A stretch of 64,000 nt of DNA from an uncultured Aquimarina sp. (GTDB lineage: Bacteria > Bacteroidota > Bacteroidia > Flavobacteriales > Flavobacteriaceae). Position 1 is the first letter of the stretch. Each line of letters begins with the position of its first letter. Both the position numbers and the translations under genes were made by a program. This document shows, piece after piece, positions 39,519-49,584 of this stretch. Below the pieces are notes generated by a model, which worked only from the letters and a program-made list of their open reading frames with translations, had not been told where the DNA came from and did not search any database. The DNA lies in NCBI GenBank assembly GCA_947496555.1, contig CANMDH010000027.1, forward strand, positions 261 to 64,260, written 5' to 3'.

Positions 39519-41798
39519 TTATAATCTATAATTTATGTTAATCCCACCGTACATATTAAAAGGCAATCCTGAGTAAAAATATCTGGGAGCATTACCACCA
39601 AAACCTCTTGCGTTGATCTGAAGCTGAGATGCGTATTTGGCATCAAGTATATTGTTTGCTCCCAATGAGAGATCATAAAAGAAGTGGTTACCGATACTGT
39701 TTTTAAAACCAATTTTACCATGTAGCAACTCATAACGATCACTAAAAACGGTATTGGCGTCATTGGCAGGAATATTACCAACCGTTTGAAAGGTAAAATT
39801 GCCATAAAATCCTTTTATTGAAGTAAGATCCAGTCCCAGATTAATTACTTCTGATGGTACTCCTGTAAGATCGTTTCCAGAGAAATCATCATCTAGATCT
39901 ACGAATTCATCAAATGTATAATCGTTAATGGATGCATTAACAAAGAAGTTTAATTGATAGGGCGTTTTTCTTATAAGATTGTAGTTTAGCTCTGCTTCGA
40001 TACCATTATGAGTCGTTTTTCCTGCATTAATGGCAAAGAAGTTATCTTCAACTGTCCTTCTGGATACCAATAAGTCTCGAACTTTAAGCATATATAATGA
40101 TAAAGATCCATGAAGTTTTTCAAAAAACCAGAATCGTGTTCCCATTTCATAGTTCCAACCAATTTCGGGTTTGATGTCGGGATTAAAAATACCATCAGGC
40201 AAAAGTGTTTCAGAGGTAGTAGGAGTAGAGAACCCATGTGCCATATTTCCAAAAAGAATCAGATGGGGGTTTAGCTCATAATTAACTCCAAGTTTTGGTG
40301 AAAGTATGGGGTTAAAATCAAATGTTCCTGAACTATCATCGCCGTCAGACAAAAATCTATCTTCAATATCAAAAAACGTTTGATTGAGGTGTATCCCAAG
40401 ATTAAATTTCAACTTTTTGGAAACTCTATAATTTGCTTCAGCAAAAAGATTATAATAATATCGTTTTTCATCCAGATCAGAAAGTTGAATCCCTTGCACA
40501 CTTCCTGTTCCTATCGGGAAGTCTTCATAAAGGTTTTCGAATGTTTTTCCATTGTAAGTATCATAAAAAAGCTCACCACCAACCGTCCAACTCAGTTCTT
40601 TTTTTGCTAAAAGATGACGGCCTAAAACCCTGCTTCGTATCCCAAAACTATTTGACTTTTCTTCAAGAATGTTAAAAGGCCTGGGTTCGTAATTATTCCT
40701 AAAAGAACTAAAAATACTAGTATTATGAGTGAGTTTCGGATTGTAGATGTGTTTCCAAGTAATTCCCAGAATTCCGTAATCCACGTCTTCAAAAGCTTTA
40801 GAACGCCCCCAGGTAAAAGCCGCTTGTCTTGGTGTATTTTCAAAAGCCGATTGATCTAACGAACTAGGGATTCCTGCTTTCAAATTAATATAGCTCCCAA
40901 GTATCGTAAAGTTATTCTTCTTTCCGGCATCAATAGCAGAAGTAATAGTTACAGTATTTCGATCATATTCATTATTATCTCTGTATCCATCGGTATGATT
41001 GTTACTGTACAGAATATTAAGATTGTAATTCTCTTTTCCCAATGAAGCGTTGGCTAGTACTCTTTGTAATCCATAGCTTCCAAAAATAGATGAGATCGTA
41101 CCTTCTGTTATTTTGGAGCGTGTAAATTCTGGTTGTAATAATATGGTGCCACCAAGCCCTACACCATAGCTGCTAGAAGACGGGCCTTTATGTATTTCTA
41201 TACGAGATAAAGCCCCAAGTTCAAGGTCTTCGATAGAAGATTCTCCATTGCCATCGGTTAGCGGGATATCTCCAAAATATGCTCTAATGTTGGCCGTGCC
41301 AAATAGATTGCGAGCACCAATACCTCTTATAGAAATTCTATTGGTGTTAAGAGTTGCGTTTTGCATAAAAACACCGGGAATTCGGTTTAGAATTGGATGT
41401 AGCGCTATAGGGTTTCCTCTGTTTATATCTTGTGAAGAAATTACAGAAACGGCTTCAGTCGCTTCTTTATGTAGAATTGGAATGGCAATATTATTGATGA
41501 TTACTTCTTCGAGATCGGTGATTTTTTGGATGAGGGTTACCCTAATTTGTGTGCTAGTCGTAATCTCTTGTAGGGTATTGAAATATCCCTCCTTCGAAAC
41601 TTCAATTGTGCCATTAGCTACTATTGTAAAAGAGCCATTTGCATCGGTAAATACTTCTTTGCCTGATTTTTTATCTAGAATTTTAGCATTTTCAATTGGG
41701 GTATTGGTAGCATCGTCCAAAACTATTCCTGTGATATTATATTGTGAAAAAACAGGAAAGGTCGAAACAAGAATTAGGAGTACAAGTATTTTTTTCAA
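39519..41798 (-). CDS. TonB-dependent receptor
   Basis: Signal peptide, plug (ISIRGIG; RIEIHKGPSSSSYG), barrel ending GININYRL; TTG start. Confidence 0.92.
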   Translation of the reverse strand: MKKILVLLILVSTFPVFSQYNITGIVLDDATNTPIENAKILDKKSGKEVFTDANGSFTIVANGTIEVSKEGYFNTLQEITTSTQIRVTLIQKITDLEEVIINNIAIPILHKEATEAVSVISSQDINRGNPIALHPILNRIPGVFMQNATLNTNRISIRGIGARNLFGTANIRAYFGDIPLTDGNGESSIEDLELGALSRIEIHKGPSSSSYGVGLGGTILLQPEFTRSKITEGTISSIFGSYGLQRVLANASLGKENYNLNILYSNNHTDGYRDNNEYDRNTVTITSAIDAGKKNNFTILGSYINLKAGIPSSLDQSAFENTPRQAAFTWGRSKAFEDVDYGILGITWKHIYNPKLTHNTSIFSSFRNNYEPRPFNILEEKSNSFGIRSRVLGRHLLAKKELSWTVGGELFYDTYNGKTFENLYEDFPIGTGSVQGIQLSDLDEKRYYYNLFAEANYRVSKKLKFNLGIHLNQTFFDIEDRFLSDGDDSSGTFDFNPILSPKLGVNYELNPHLILFGNMAHGFSTPTTSETLLPDGIFNPDIKPEIGWNYEMGTRFWFFEKLHGSLSLYMLKVRDLLVSRRTVEDNFFAINAGKTTHNGIEAELNYNLIRKTPYQLNFFVNASINDYTFDEFVDLDDDFSGNDLTGVPSEVINLGLDLTSIKGFYGNFTFQTVGNIPANDANTVFSDRYELLHGKIGFKNSIGNHFFYDLSLGANNILDAKYASQLQINARGFGGNAPRYFYSGLPFNMYGGININYRL

Positions 41799-41995
41799 GA
41801 TTTGTTTTTCTTCAAATATCGGAAACTAAAGGTAATCAGATTTAAAAATCATGATTGTGTTAACGAAAATGTACCAGTTTCAGAAAATGAAACTGGAATC
41901 TATTATCATTGCATGGAAAAAAAATAGATATCAATAGCTAAAGTATAATTGATAGAGTATTATAAAGAAGAGGATTGAAGCTACTTTTAAGGATC

Positions 41996-42003
41996 TACCT
42001 TTG
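41996..42003 (+). promoter_or_regulatory. Bacteroidetes -7 box TACCTTTG for the TPR-MORN operon
   Basis: Exact TAnnTTTG match, 116 nt upstream of ATG 42120. Confidence 0.5.
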
Positions 42004-42119
42004 TGGTTTGATAGTTTTGTTTTAAGTTTGTGTAATCACAAATTTAATGCAGAAACGTAATGGGGGAATAAAAATATCGTTTCTGTTCGCATTTCATCTA
42101 CTCTATTTTAGTCAAATTT

Positions 42120-45100
42120 ATGAAGAAAACAATGTTATTTGTGACGTTACTTACGTCTACGCTTTTTTATGCCCAAGAAAAAATTGAGTTTATAGATTAC
42201 TATGATATTATAGATGAAATATCTGAATTCAAGGAAAAACAAGACTATTCTAAGATGATAGAATATCTTGATAAAATTAGTCCAAATGATTCATTATATG
42301 AATCAGTTCTGGTAACAAAATCGTATTACCTTCTTCAGGACGAAAAATATGACGAGGCCATAAAAATAGCGGACACCGGATTAAAAATGCTCGATGGAGA
42401 AGAAAGATATTCTTTTTTGTTAAACAAAGGAGTAGCATTTCTTCGATCAGAAAGCTTTGAAGAAGCTCTAAAGGTGTATAATGATGCGATTAAAGAATTT
42501 CCTAAAAATCATATGTTGTTTTACAATCGTGCAATTGTATATGAAAAATTGGAAAAGCCGGATAAAGCGCTAAAGAATTATATACAATCTATTACCTTAA
42601 ATCCATTTTATGCAGATAGCCATTTACAGCTAGGCAAAATATGCTTTACCGAGAATAAGACCAGCCAGGCATTAATGGCACTTAATATGTACCTTTTATT
42701 GAATCCAGACGGAGAAAACTCTTTTGATATTCTTAATTCGGTCAACACATTAGTTTCAAAACAAAATGACGCGAAACCTACAGGGATTATGATATCTGAA
42801 GATGATGAAACGTTTGAAGATATCGATTTAATAATCAATAATAGAATAGCCCTTAATGCCAATTATAAAATAAAAAACAAAGTTAATATAGCGTTGACAA
42901 AACAAAATCATGCTCTTTTTGAACAGTTAGAAGAGTATGAAGGTAATGAAGGGTTTTGGGATAAGAAATATGTGCCATTTTATAAATGGGTTTTTGAAAA
43001 TAATCACTTCGATAATTTTACCTACACCATTTCTTATTCTATAAAGAACCCTGTTTTCAAAAAAGTGGTGGATAAGAATACTTCTGAAATAAAAACATTC
43101 ATCGATCTGGCATATGTCAAGTGGAAAGAGATTCTGAGTGATGACAATGAACAAATGTTCGAGGGGAAAAAACAAAAAATTGCTCAGGTATTTGAAGGGT
43201 TTAACCTTCAGGCAGTTGGTATAAGTAAAGAAGGTAAAAAAGTGGGGAATTGGGAGATGTATAACGAGCAAGGAAAACTTACCGGTAGAGGTAAATTTAA
43301 TGAAGAAGGAAAAAGAACAGGTGAATGGACCTGGTATGATGATCACGGAAGGGTTTCTGACAAGGAAAGCTATAAAGACGGATTGGTAGATGGAAAATAC
43401 ACTTCTTTTTATGATAATGGTAATGTTAATATAGCATGTAATTATAAAGAAGGAAACCTTGATGGAGAGTACAGAACGTATAATCAAAATGGAGCTTTGA
43501 TCGAGAAAAAAATATTCTCAAAAGATAAGCTGGATGGAGAGTATCGTTCTTTCCATGCAATTGGCGAATTGGCAAAGAACTATATAGTAAATTATAAAGA
43601 AGGTAATCCCGAAGGAGAACTAGAACAATATTACGCAAATGGAGAGCTTTTTAAGAAAAGAAGTTACAAAAATGGTAAGATTATTGGAAAAGAACAACTG
43701 TATTTTAACAATGGTACACTAAAAGCAGAATATACCTATATCGATGGGATATCTGAAGGACCCTACAGCACCTATCATAAAAATGGTACAAAATCTGAGG
43801 TAGGTACGACAAGTAAAGGATATTATAACGGCGAATGGAAGTTGTATTATCCCGATGGAACCATTATGAATGAATTTACATACAATGAAGGAGAATTAAA
43901 TGGTCCATATAAAGAATATGATATCGATGGTAAATTGCACTATGAATTTGTGTATCGAAATGACGAGTTTATAGAGCATAAACATTTTAATAAAACCGGA
44001 GAAATAATTAACGAAGCCAAGAAGAAAAAAGGAGCGTTTTATTATCAAGGATACTCTCCATTAGGCGATTTGGTAACCGAAGGTATGTACGATGTAAAAG
44101 GAGGAAAAAAGGGCGAATGGAAATATTATCAAAGTGGGGTCTTGGTCGACAAAGGGATCTATGATGATAATATGTTACAAGATAAGTACTTGGAGTTTTA
44201 TAAATCTGGGCAAAAAAAGGCGATTACAGAGTATAAAAATGATTCTTTGTCTGGGTATTATGTTAGCTATCATAAAAACGGTAACATTTCAAGGCAGGGT
44301 TGGCACAAAGATGGTACGAGTCACGGAACCTGGATCTCTTATTATTATGATGGTAAAATAAAAGAGAAGAAATTTTATCATAAAGGACAGCTACATGGGA
44401 TTCAGGAATATTATGGGGTCGAAGGAAAACTATATTCCAAAAGTAAATACAAGTTTGGAGATTTGGTTTTGGAAATCTTTTATGCTCCTAATGGAAATAT
44501 GTTACAAGAAGTAGTATATGATCAGAAACAGAAGAATCATACCTTATCAATAAAACAATATAATGGCAGTGTATATTCTACCACCGACTATTTGTATGGT
44601 GTGAAACATGGTAATTATGTGAGGTATAATTATGATGGAAAAAAGGCCATTGAAGGAGCATATTTTAATGGAAAGTTTCACGGTACCTGGAAATGGTACT
44701 ACGACAATGGGCAAATTAGCTTGCAGGGAGATTACTATCATGGAGAAACTATTGGAGAATGGAAAGAGTTTTATGAAGATGGTGAATTGGAAGAAAAGTA
44801 TACCTATGTTTCTGGGAAACTTGATGGAGTAGCTGAAGTTTACAGCGATGAAGGCGTACTTACCAGAACCACCCAATATAAAAATGGTAAACTTCATGGC
44901 GAAAGAAGGTTTTATAGCCCAGAAGGTAAATTGCAGTTAGTACGATATTACCATAATGATAAAATTATTGGATATAGCTATAATGATACTAGCGGAAAGC
45001 TTAAACCTATGATTCCGATTGAGAATTTTACCGGAGAGATTAAAGCCTTTTTTGATAATGGAAAACCATCTATCCAAATGGAATTCAAAAACGGAATGTT

Positions 45101-45398
45101 TGTAAATGAGTTTAGAGCGTATTATTATAATGGACAGCTAGAACGTAGTGCTGTATACAAAGACGGGGATAATCATGGGGCATATGTCTTTTACTATAAA
45201 GATGGTTCTGTTAAAAAAGAAATGAATTATCTTCATGATTTATTACAAGGCAAATACAAGAAATATTATCCAAACGGTAAAATAAAAGAAGAAAGAAACT
45301 ATTTAAATGATAGTCGTAGTGGTATAACTAAATATTTTGATGAGAACGGAAAACTAATTAAAGAACGCTCTTATTTCAATGATATTCAAGAAAAATAA
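42120..45398 (+). CDS. Exported TPR + long MORN-variant (YwqK-like) repeat protein
   Basis: N-terminal TPRs, then about 700 aa of repeats like G.W..YY.NG......Y..G.L.G. Confidence 0.88.
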   Translation: MKKTMLFVTLLTSTLFYAQEKIEFIDYYDIIDEISEFKEKQDYSKMIEYLDKISPNDSLYESVLVTKSYYLLQDEKYDEAIKIADTGLKMLDGEERYSFLLNKGVAFLRSESFEEALKVYNDAIKEFPKNHMLFYNRAIVYEKLEKPDKALKNYIQSITLNPFYADSHLQLGKICFTENKTSQALMALNMYLLLNPDGENSFDILNSVNTLVSKQNDAKPTGIMISEDDETFEDIDLIINNRIALNANYKIKNKVNIALTKQNHALFEQLEEYEGNEGFWDKKYVPFYKWVFENNHFDNFTYTISYSIKNPVFKKVVDKNTSEIKTFIDLAYVKWKEILSDDNEQMFEGKKQKIAQVFEGFNLQAVGISKEGKKVGNWEMYNEQGKLTGRGKFNEEGKRTGEWTWYDDHGRVSDKESYKDGLVDGKYTSFYDNGNVNIACNYKEGNLDGEYRTYNQNGALIEKKIFSKDKLDGEYRSFHAIGELAKNYIVNYKEGNPEGELEQYYANGELFKKRSYKNGKIIGKEQLYFNNGTLKAEYTYIDGISEGPYSTYHKNGTKSEVGTTSKGYYNGEWKLYYPDGTIMNEFTYNEGELNGPYKEYDIDGKLHYEFVYRNDEFIEHKHFNKTGEIINEAKKKKGAFYYQGYSPLGDLVTEGMYDVKGGKKGEWKYYQSGVLVDKGIYDDNMLQDKYLEFYKSGQKKAITEYKNDSLSGYYVSYHKNGNISRQGWHKDGTSHGTWISYYYDGKIKEKKFYHKGQLHGIQEYYGVEGKLYSKSKYKFGDLVLEIFYAPNGNMLQEVVYDQKQKNHTLSIKQYNGSVYSTTDYLYGVKHGNYVRYNYDGKKAIEGAYFNGKFHGTWKWYYDNGQISLQGDYYHGETIGEWKEFYEDGELEEKYTYVSGKLDGVAEVYSDEGVLTRTTQYKNGKLHGERRFYSPEGKLQLVRYYHNDKIIGYSYNDTSGKLKPMIPIENFTGEIKAFFDNGKPSIQMEFKNGMFVNEFRAYYYNGQLERSAVYKDGDNHGAYVFYYKDGSVKKEMNYLHDLLQGKYKKYYPNGKIKEERNYLNDSRSGITKYFDENGKLIKERSYFNDIQEK

Positions 45399-47336
45399 TT
45401 GTTGATTATGAAGAAGATTTTATTTTTTGCAGGAATGATCATGTTACTTCCTTTGCAGGCAAAGGCACAGAAATCTCCTGTTTATGAATTGTACAAGCAA
45501 AAATATCCAGATGCGCATGCGGTCAGGTTGCTAGAAGAAAGAAAAATAGACATTAGTCTTGAAGACAATGAGATATTGATCACGCAAGATATTTTCGAAG
45601 AAGATTTATATCTAGATAAAGCAGCAACCTATGGTTCTAAAAGATCTATAAATTATTCTTCATTTTTTGATATAGAATCTGTAGAAGCTTCTTCGCTTTT
45701 ATATGAGAACGGAAAGTATAATGAACTTGAGGTAAAAGATTTTATCGAAAAAGATGAAATGGATGGATCTTTTTATGATGATAGTAGATCTATTAATTTT
45801 ATTTACCCAAGTCTTCAACCAGGAGCAAAATCCAAGCTTAAGTATAGAGAAAAAATCAAAAACCCTAGATTTTTGAACTCATTTTATTTTGCAGATTTCA
45901 AACCTATTGTCAAAAGTAAAGTAACCATTAGTGTTGATAAAGAGATATCTCTAAAGTTTAAAGAATTTAATACAGATAGTGTAAATATTAGTTTCACTGA
46001 AAAAGAAAAAAGAGGGAAAAAGATTTATACCTGGGAAGCTAATGATATTGATGAATATGACCTGGATAGAGGAGCTCCTAATTTCAGAAATACTTTTCCT
46101 CATATCATACCGATAATAACCGAATATGATTCAGGTGATAAAAAGGTAAAGCTTCTCGATAACGTTTCAGATTTGTATGGATGGTATTATTCACTTGTGA
46201 AAGATGTAAATACTGAAGAAGCAGACGAAGAGCTTAAGAAAATTGTAACCATTCTTACACAGAACAAAAAAACAGATCTTGAGAAGGTAAAGGCAATTTA
46301 TTATTGGGTACAAGAAAATATTAAATACATTGCTTTTGAGTATGCACTTGGAGGATTTATACCCAGAGAGGCAAATGATGTATTCAACAAAAAGTATGGT
46401 GATTGTAAAGATAATTCCAGCATTCTGTATAAAATGTTAGATATAGCCGGTCTCAAAGGTAATCTTACCTGGATAGGAACACGCAGTATTCCTTACAAGT
46501 ATAAAGAGGTACCAACACCTGCCGTAGATAATCATATGATATTGTCCTATATAGAAGGAGATGAGGTTTATTTTCTGGATGCTACCGGTCGATATATCCC
46601 TATTGATATGCCATCTTCATTCATTCAGGGTAAGGAGGCGTTGATTTCAATTAATGAAAAAGAATTTAAGATTAAGGAAGTCCCCATAATGGACTCCAAA
46701 AGAAATACTATTGTAGATTCTACCTTTATCAGAATCGAAGACAAAGTGATTAAGGGAACGGGAAATTTTAAGTTATCTGGATACCCAAAAATCGATTTCT
46801 TCAATGCATTAGAGACAGAAAAAAATGAAAAAGAACTAAAGGACCTGTATACACGAGAACTTAGAAAAGGAAACAACAAGTTTTTAATCGATGGCTTTAA
46901 AGAAACGAATAAGTACGATTATGATAAGGATTTTCTGGTTGAGTACACATTCAATATCAAGGATTATGTAAATGGACTTGAGGATGAAACTTTTATTAAC
47001 CTTAACCTTGATAGAAAACTTAGTGGATTAAAATCCAAAAAGGATCGTAAAAATGATAGGGAATATCGTTACAAGTCGAACGAAAAGTTTATTACTACGC
47101 TGGAGGTTCCCAAGGGTAAAATTGCAGATTATATTCCCGAAAATTTCAAGGTATCTAATAATTTTTTCAGTTGCTCTATAACATATACTCAAAAAGATAA
47201 CACTATCATATATAAACTGGAAACAAATCTTGATTTTATATTGCTTACACTTGATCAGCAAAAAGAATTAAATAAACTTATTAAGAAGGTTGAAAAAAAC
47301 TTTAAAGAAGTCATTATTTTAAAAGATAAAAAATAA
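45399..47336 (+). CDS. DUF3857 + transglutaminase-like cysteine protease domain protein (triad intact)
   Basis: YWVQENIKY, YGDCKD (Cys), DNHMI (His), FLDAT (Asp); signal peptide. Start probably ATG 45408. Confidence 0.88.
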   Translation: MLIMKKILFFAGMIMLLPLQAKAQKSPVYELYKQKYPDAHAVRLLEERKIDISLEDNEILITQDIFEEDLYLDKAATYGSKRSINYSSFFDIESVEASSLLYENGKYNELEVKDFIEKDEMDGSFYDDSRSINFIYPSLQPGAKSKLKYREKIKNPRFLNSFYFADFKPIVKSKVTISVDKEISLKFKEFNTDSVNISFTEKEKRGKKIYTWEANDIDEYDLDRGAPNFRNTFPHIIPIITEYDSGDKKVKLLDNVSDLYGWYYSLVKDVNTEEADEELKKIVTILTQNKKTDLEKVKAIYYWVQENIKYIAFEYALGGFIPREANDVFNKKYGDCKDNSSILYKMLDIAGLKGNLTWIGTRSIPYKYKEVPTPAVDNHMILSYIEGDEVYFLDATGRYIPIDMPSSFIQGKEALISINEKEFKIKEVPIMDSKRNTIVDSTFIRIEDKVIKGTGNFKLSGYPKIDFFNALETEKNEKELKDLYTRELRKGNNKFLIDGFKETNKYDYDKDFLVEYTFNIKDYVNGLEDETFINLNLDRKLSGLKSKKDRKNDREYRYKSNEKFITTLEVPKGKIADYIPENFKVSNNFFSCSITYTQKDNTIIYKLETNLDFILLTLDQQKELNKLIKKVEKNFKEVIILKDKK

Positions 47337-47349
47337 CAAAAAGTAGAAA

Positions 47350-49326
47350 ATGAAGATATTAAAACTAATAGTAATTGTATTAGGCTTACTTACTACCAAT
47401 ATGTTTGCTCAAAAATCACCTTTTTATGAAGTGTATACTTGGCAAGAAAAACCTATTGAAAATATTGAATTAGATAAATTTAAGGATAAGGATATTGTAG
47501 CATTCAAGGATAAGACTGTAAATGAGTTCTTTTTTATAAATGAAAATGCTTTGGTTGAGTATTCTTTAGTGCATAAGATGTATTGGTTAAACTCTAATGA
47601 TAAGATTGAGGAATATAATAAAGTGTATCTTCCGTATTCGGCAGGGTCTGAAGTTGTTAAAAATAAGGCACGTGTAATAACAGCTGACGGAAAAATACAA
47701 GAACTAGATGATTCAAAAATTTTAACGGCCAAAGATGACGAAACTCAAAGGACCTATAAGTATTATGCCCTCGAAGGGGTAGAAAAGGGAAGTTTTATAG
47801 AGTATTATTATGTGGTTAAAAAGTATCCTGATTATACTGGAAACAGGATAACATTACAATCGGATATTGATAAACAAAATATCGAGTTTGATCTAATTGC
47901 ACCCGTAAATTTGATCTTTAAATCAAAGAGCTATAATGACTTGCCACAAATGGTTAGGGATACCACAAATACCGAAAAAAATCATTGGAAATTACATTTG
48001 GAGGAGCTTGAAGGGTTAGAAGATGAAGAACAGGCTCCATATAAGGCAATGGCCAAATATTTGATCTATAAATTAAAAAATAATTCAGCAAACCCTTCAA
48101 ATGATATTGTTACATATGGTATTGTTTCTCAAAATATTTATGGTTCTATATATGCCGAAAATGATAATAAGATAAATAGTAAACTCAATAAGTTTGTAGC
48201 ATCAATAGATGGAGCAAAAGATGAGGATTTGGCTCAAAAAATTAGAGCCATCGAAAATTACATAAAAACTAATGTATTTGTAACAGAGGTAAAACGAGAG
48301 GACCTTGAAGATTTGTCCAGTATTATAGATAATAAAGTTGCCAGCGAGTCTGGAGTGGTTAAGCTATACGGTGCTATTTTTAATGCATTAGATATTAAAC
48401 ATCAAATTGTTTTAACTAGTGATCGTAGAGAGCTTAAATTTGATAAATCGTTTGAAGCGTATAACTTTTTACAAGAATATTTGATTTATTTTCCTAAAAT
48501 CAAATTGTATATGGCACCCACAAAGTTAGAATCCAGACTTGGTTATCCACCTGGTTATCTAACAGATAATTATGGCCTGTTTATAAAACAAGTTACTTTG
48601 GGCGGTTTTACATCGGGTGTGGGAAGTGTAAAGTACATCAAACCCGTAAATTATGATAAGACCAATTACAACTTGGTGATGAATGTAAACTTTGATAGCG
48701 AAGACCTTACTATTACAAACCTAAAAATGGATCGTACTATGGATGGGTATTATGCTGTTTTTGTACAACCTTTTATGGATATTGCAAAGCAAGAGGATAA
48801 AGACGAAATGGCAGACGGAATTATCAAATCTATCAATGAGAATGTAGAAATAGTTGAAAAGAAAATGTTTAATGACTCCTCCAAAGATTTTGGTAACAAA
48901 CCTCTACAAATAATTGCAGATATAAAGTCTGAAGAGTTTGTTGAGAAGGCGGGTAATAAATATCTTTTCAAAGTAGGAGAGTTATTGGGTCCTCAGCAGG
49001 AAATGTATCAGGAGAAAGCTCGAATTCTGCCTGTAGAAAATGAATTTGAAAGAAGTTACGATAGAAAAATAATCGTTGAAATTCCTGAAGGATACCAGTT
49101 CAAGAATTTAGATAATATTAATATGGATGAATCTTATAAGGAAGATGATGAGGAATTATTCATGTTTAAATCTTCTTATGAAATAAAAGATAATCAACTT
49201 GTTATAGCCATTAAAGAATACTATAATAAAAATATTATAGGCGTTCCGATTTATGAAGAATATAGGACCGTTATTAATAGTGCTGCTAATTTTAATAAAG
49301 TAACATTAGTATTAGAGAAGAATTAA
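47350..49326 (+). CDS. DUF3857 transglutaminase-like paralogue lacking the catalytic Cys
   Basis: Same architecture (VEKGSFIEY; IENYIKTN), but KVASESG sits where GDCKD is expected; no Cys in the translation. Confidence 0.75.
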   Translation: MKILKLIVIVLGLLTTNMFAQKSPFYEVYTWQEKPIENIELDKFKDKDIVAFKDKTVNEFFFINENALVEYSLVHKMYWLNSNDKIEEYNKVYLPYSAGSEVVKNKARVITADGKIQELDDSKILTAKDDETQRTYKYYALEGVEKGSFIEYYYVVKKYPDYTGNRITLQSDIDKQNIEFDLIAPVNLIFKSKSYNDLPQMVRDTTNTEKNHWKLHLEELEGLEDEEQAPYKAMAKYLIYKLKNNSANPSNDIVTYGIVSQNIYGSIYAENDNKINSKLNKFVASIDGAKDEDLAQKIRAIENYIKTNVFVTEVKREDLEDLSSIIDNKVASESGVVKLYGAIFNALDIKHQIVLTSDRRELKFDKSFEAYNFLQEYLIYFPKIKLYMAPTKLESRLGYPPGYLTDNYGLFIKQVTLGGFTSGVGSVKYIKPVNYDKTNYNLVMNVNFDSEDLTITNLKMDRTMDGYYAVFVQPFMDIAKQEDKDEMADGIIKSINENVEIVEKKMFNDSSKDFGNKPLQIIADIKSEEFVEKAGNKYLFKVGELLGPQQEMYQEKARILPVENEFERSYDRKIIVEIPEGYQFKNLDNINMDESYKEDDEELFMFKSSYEIKDNQLVIAIKEYYNKNIIGVPIYEEYRTVINSAANFNKVTLVLEKN

Positions 49327-49358
49327 AATGATTTAGGATATTTAAGATGTATATATTT

Positions 49359-49391
49359 AAAAAAGGTGGAACTATAGCTTCCATCTTTTTT
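49359..49391 (+). terminator. Rho-independent terminator
   Basis: AAAAAAGGTGGAA-ctatagc-TTCCATCTTTTTT. Confidence 0.8.
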
Positions 49392-49584
49392 ATTTTCAAT
49401 TATGAAAACTTCGATTTGAAGTTTCAATGAATAAGAAAAACCGACCATAATAACACAAAGCAACTATATTGGTATGCTTCACTTTAAAAAATTGGAATGC
49501 TACATTTTAGAAGATCTTAAATAGCTTTGTTCATTAGGCTATTCATAATATATGTAATTATATTTGATTAAACTTCTGATACCT

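Noticed and set aside
41248..41829. 193-aa + strand ORF
   Set aside because: Almost entirely antisense to the TonB receptor, with no motifs; a shadow ORF.
43200..45398. MORN/YwqK repeats as an antitoxin of a toxin-antitoxin system, or as a DNA repeat array
   Set aside because: Repeats are degenerate and at protein level only; the protein is exported and no adjacent toxin is seen.
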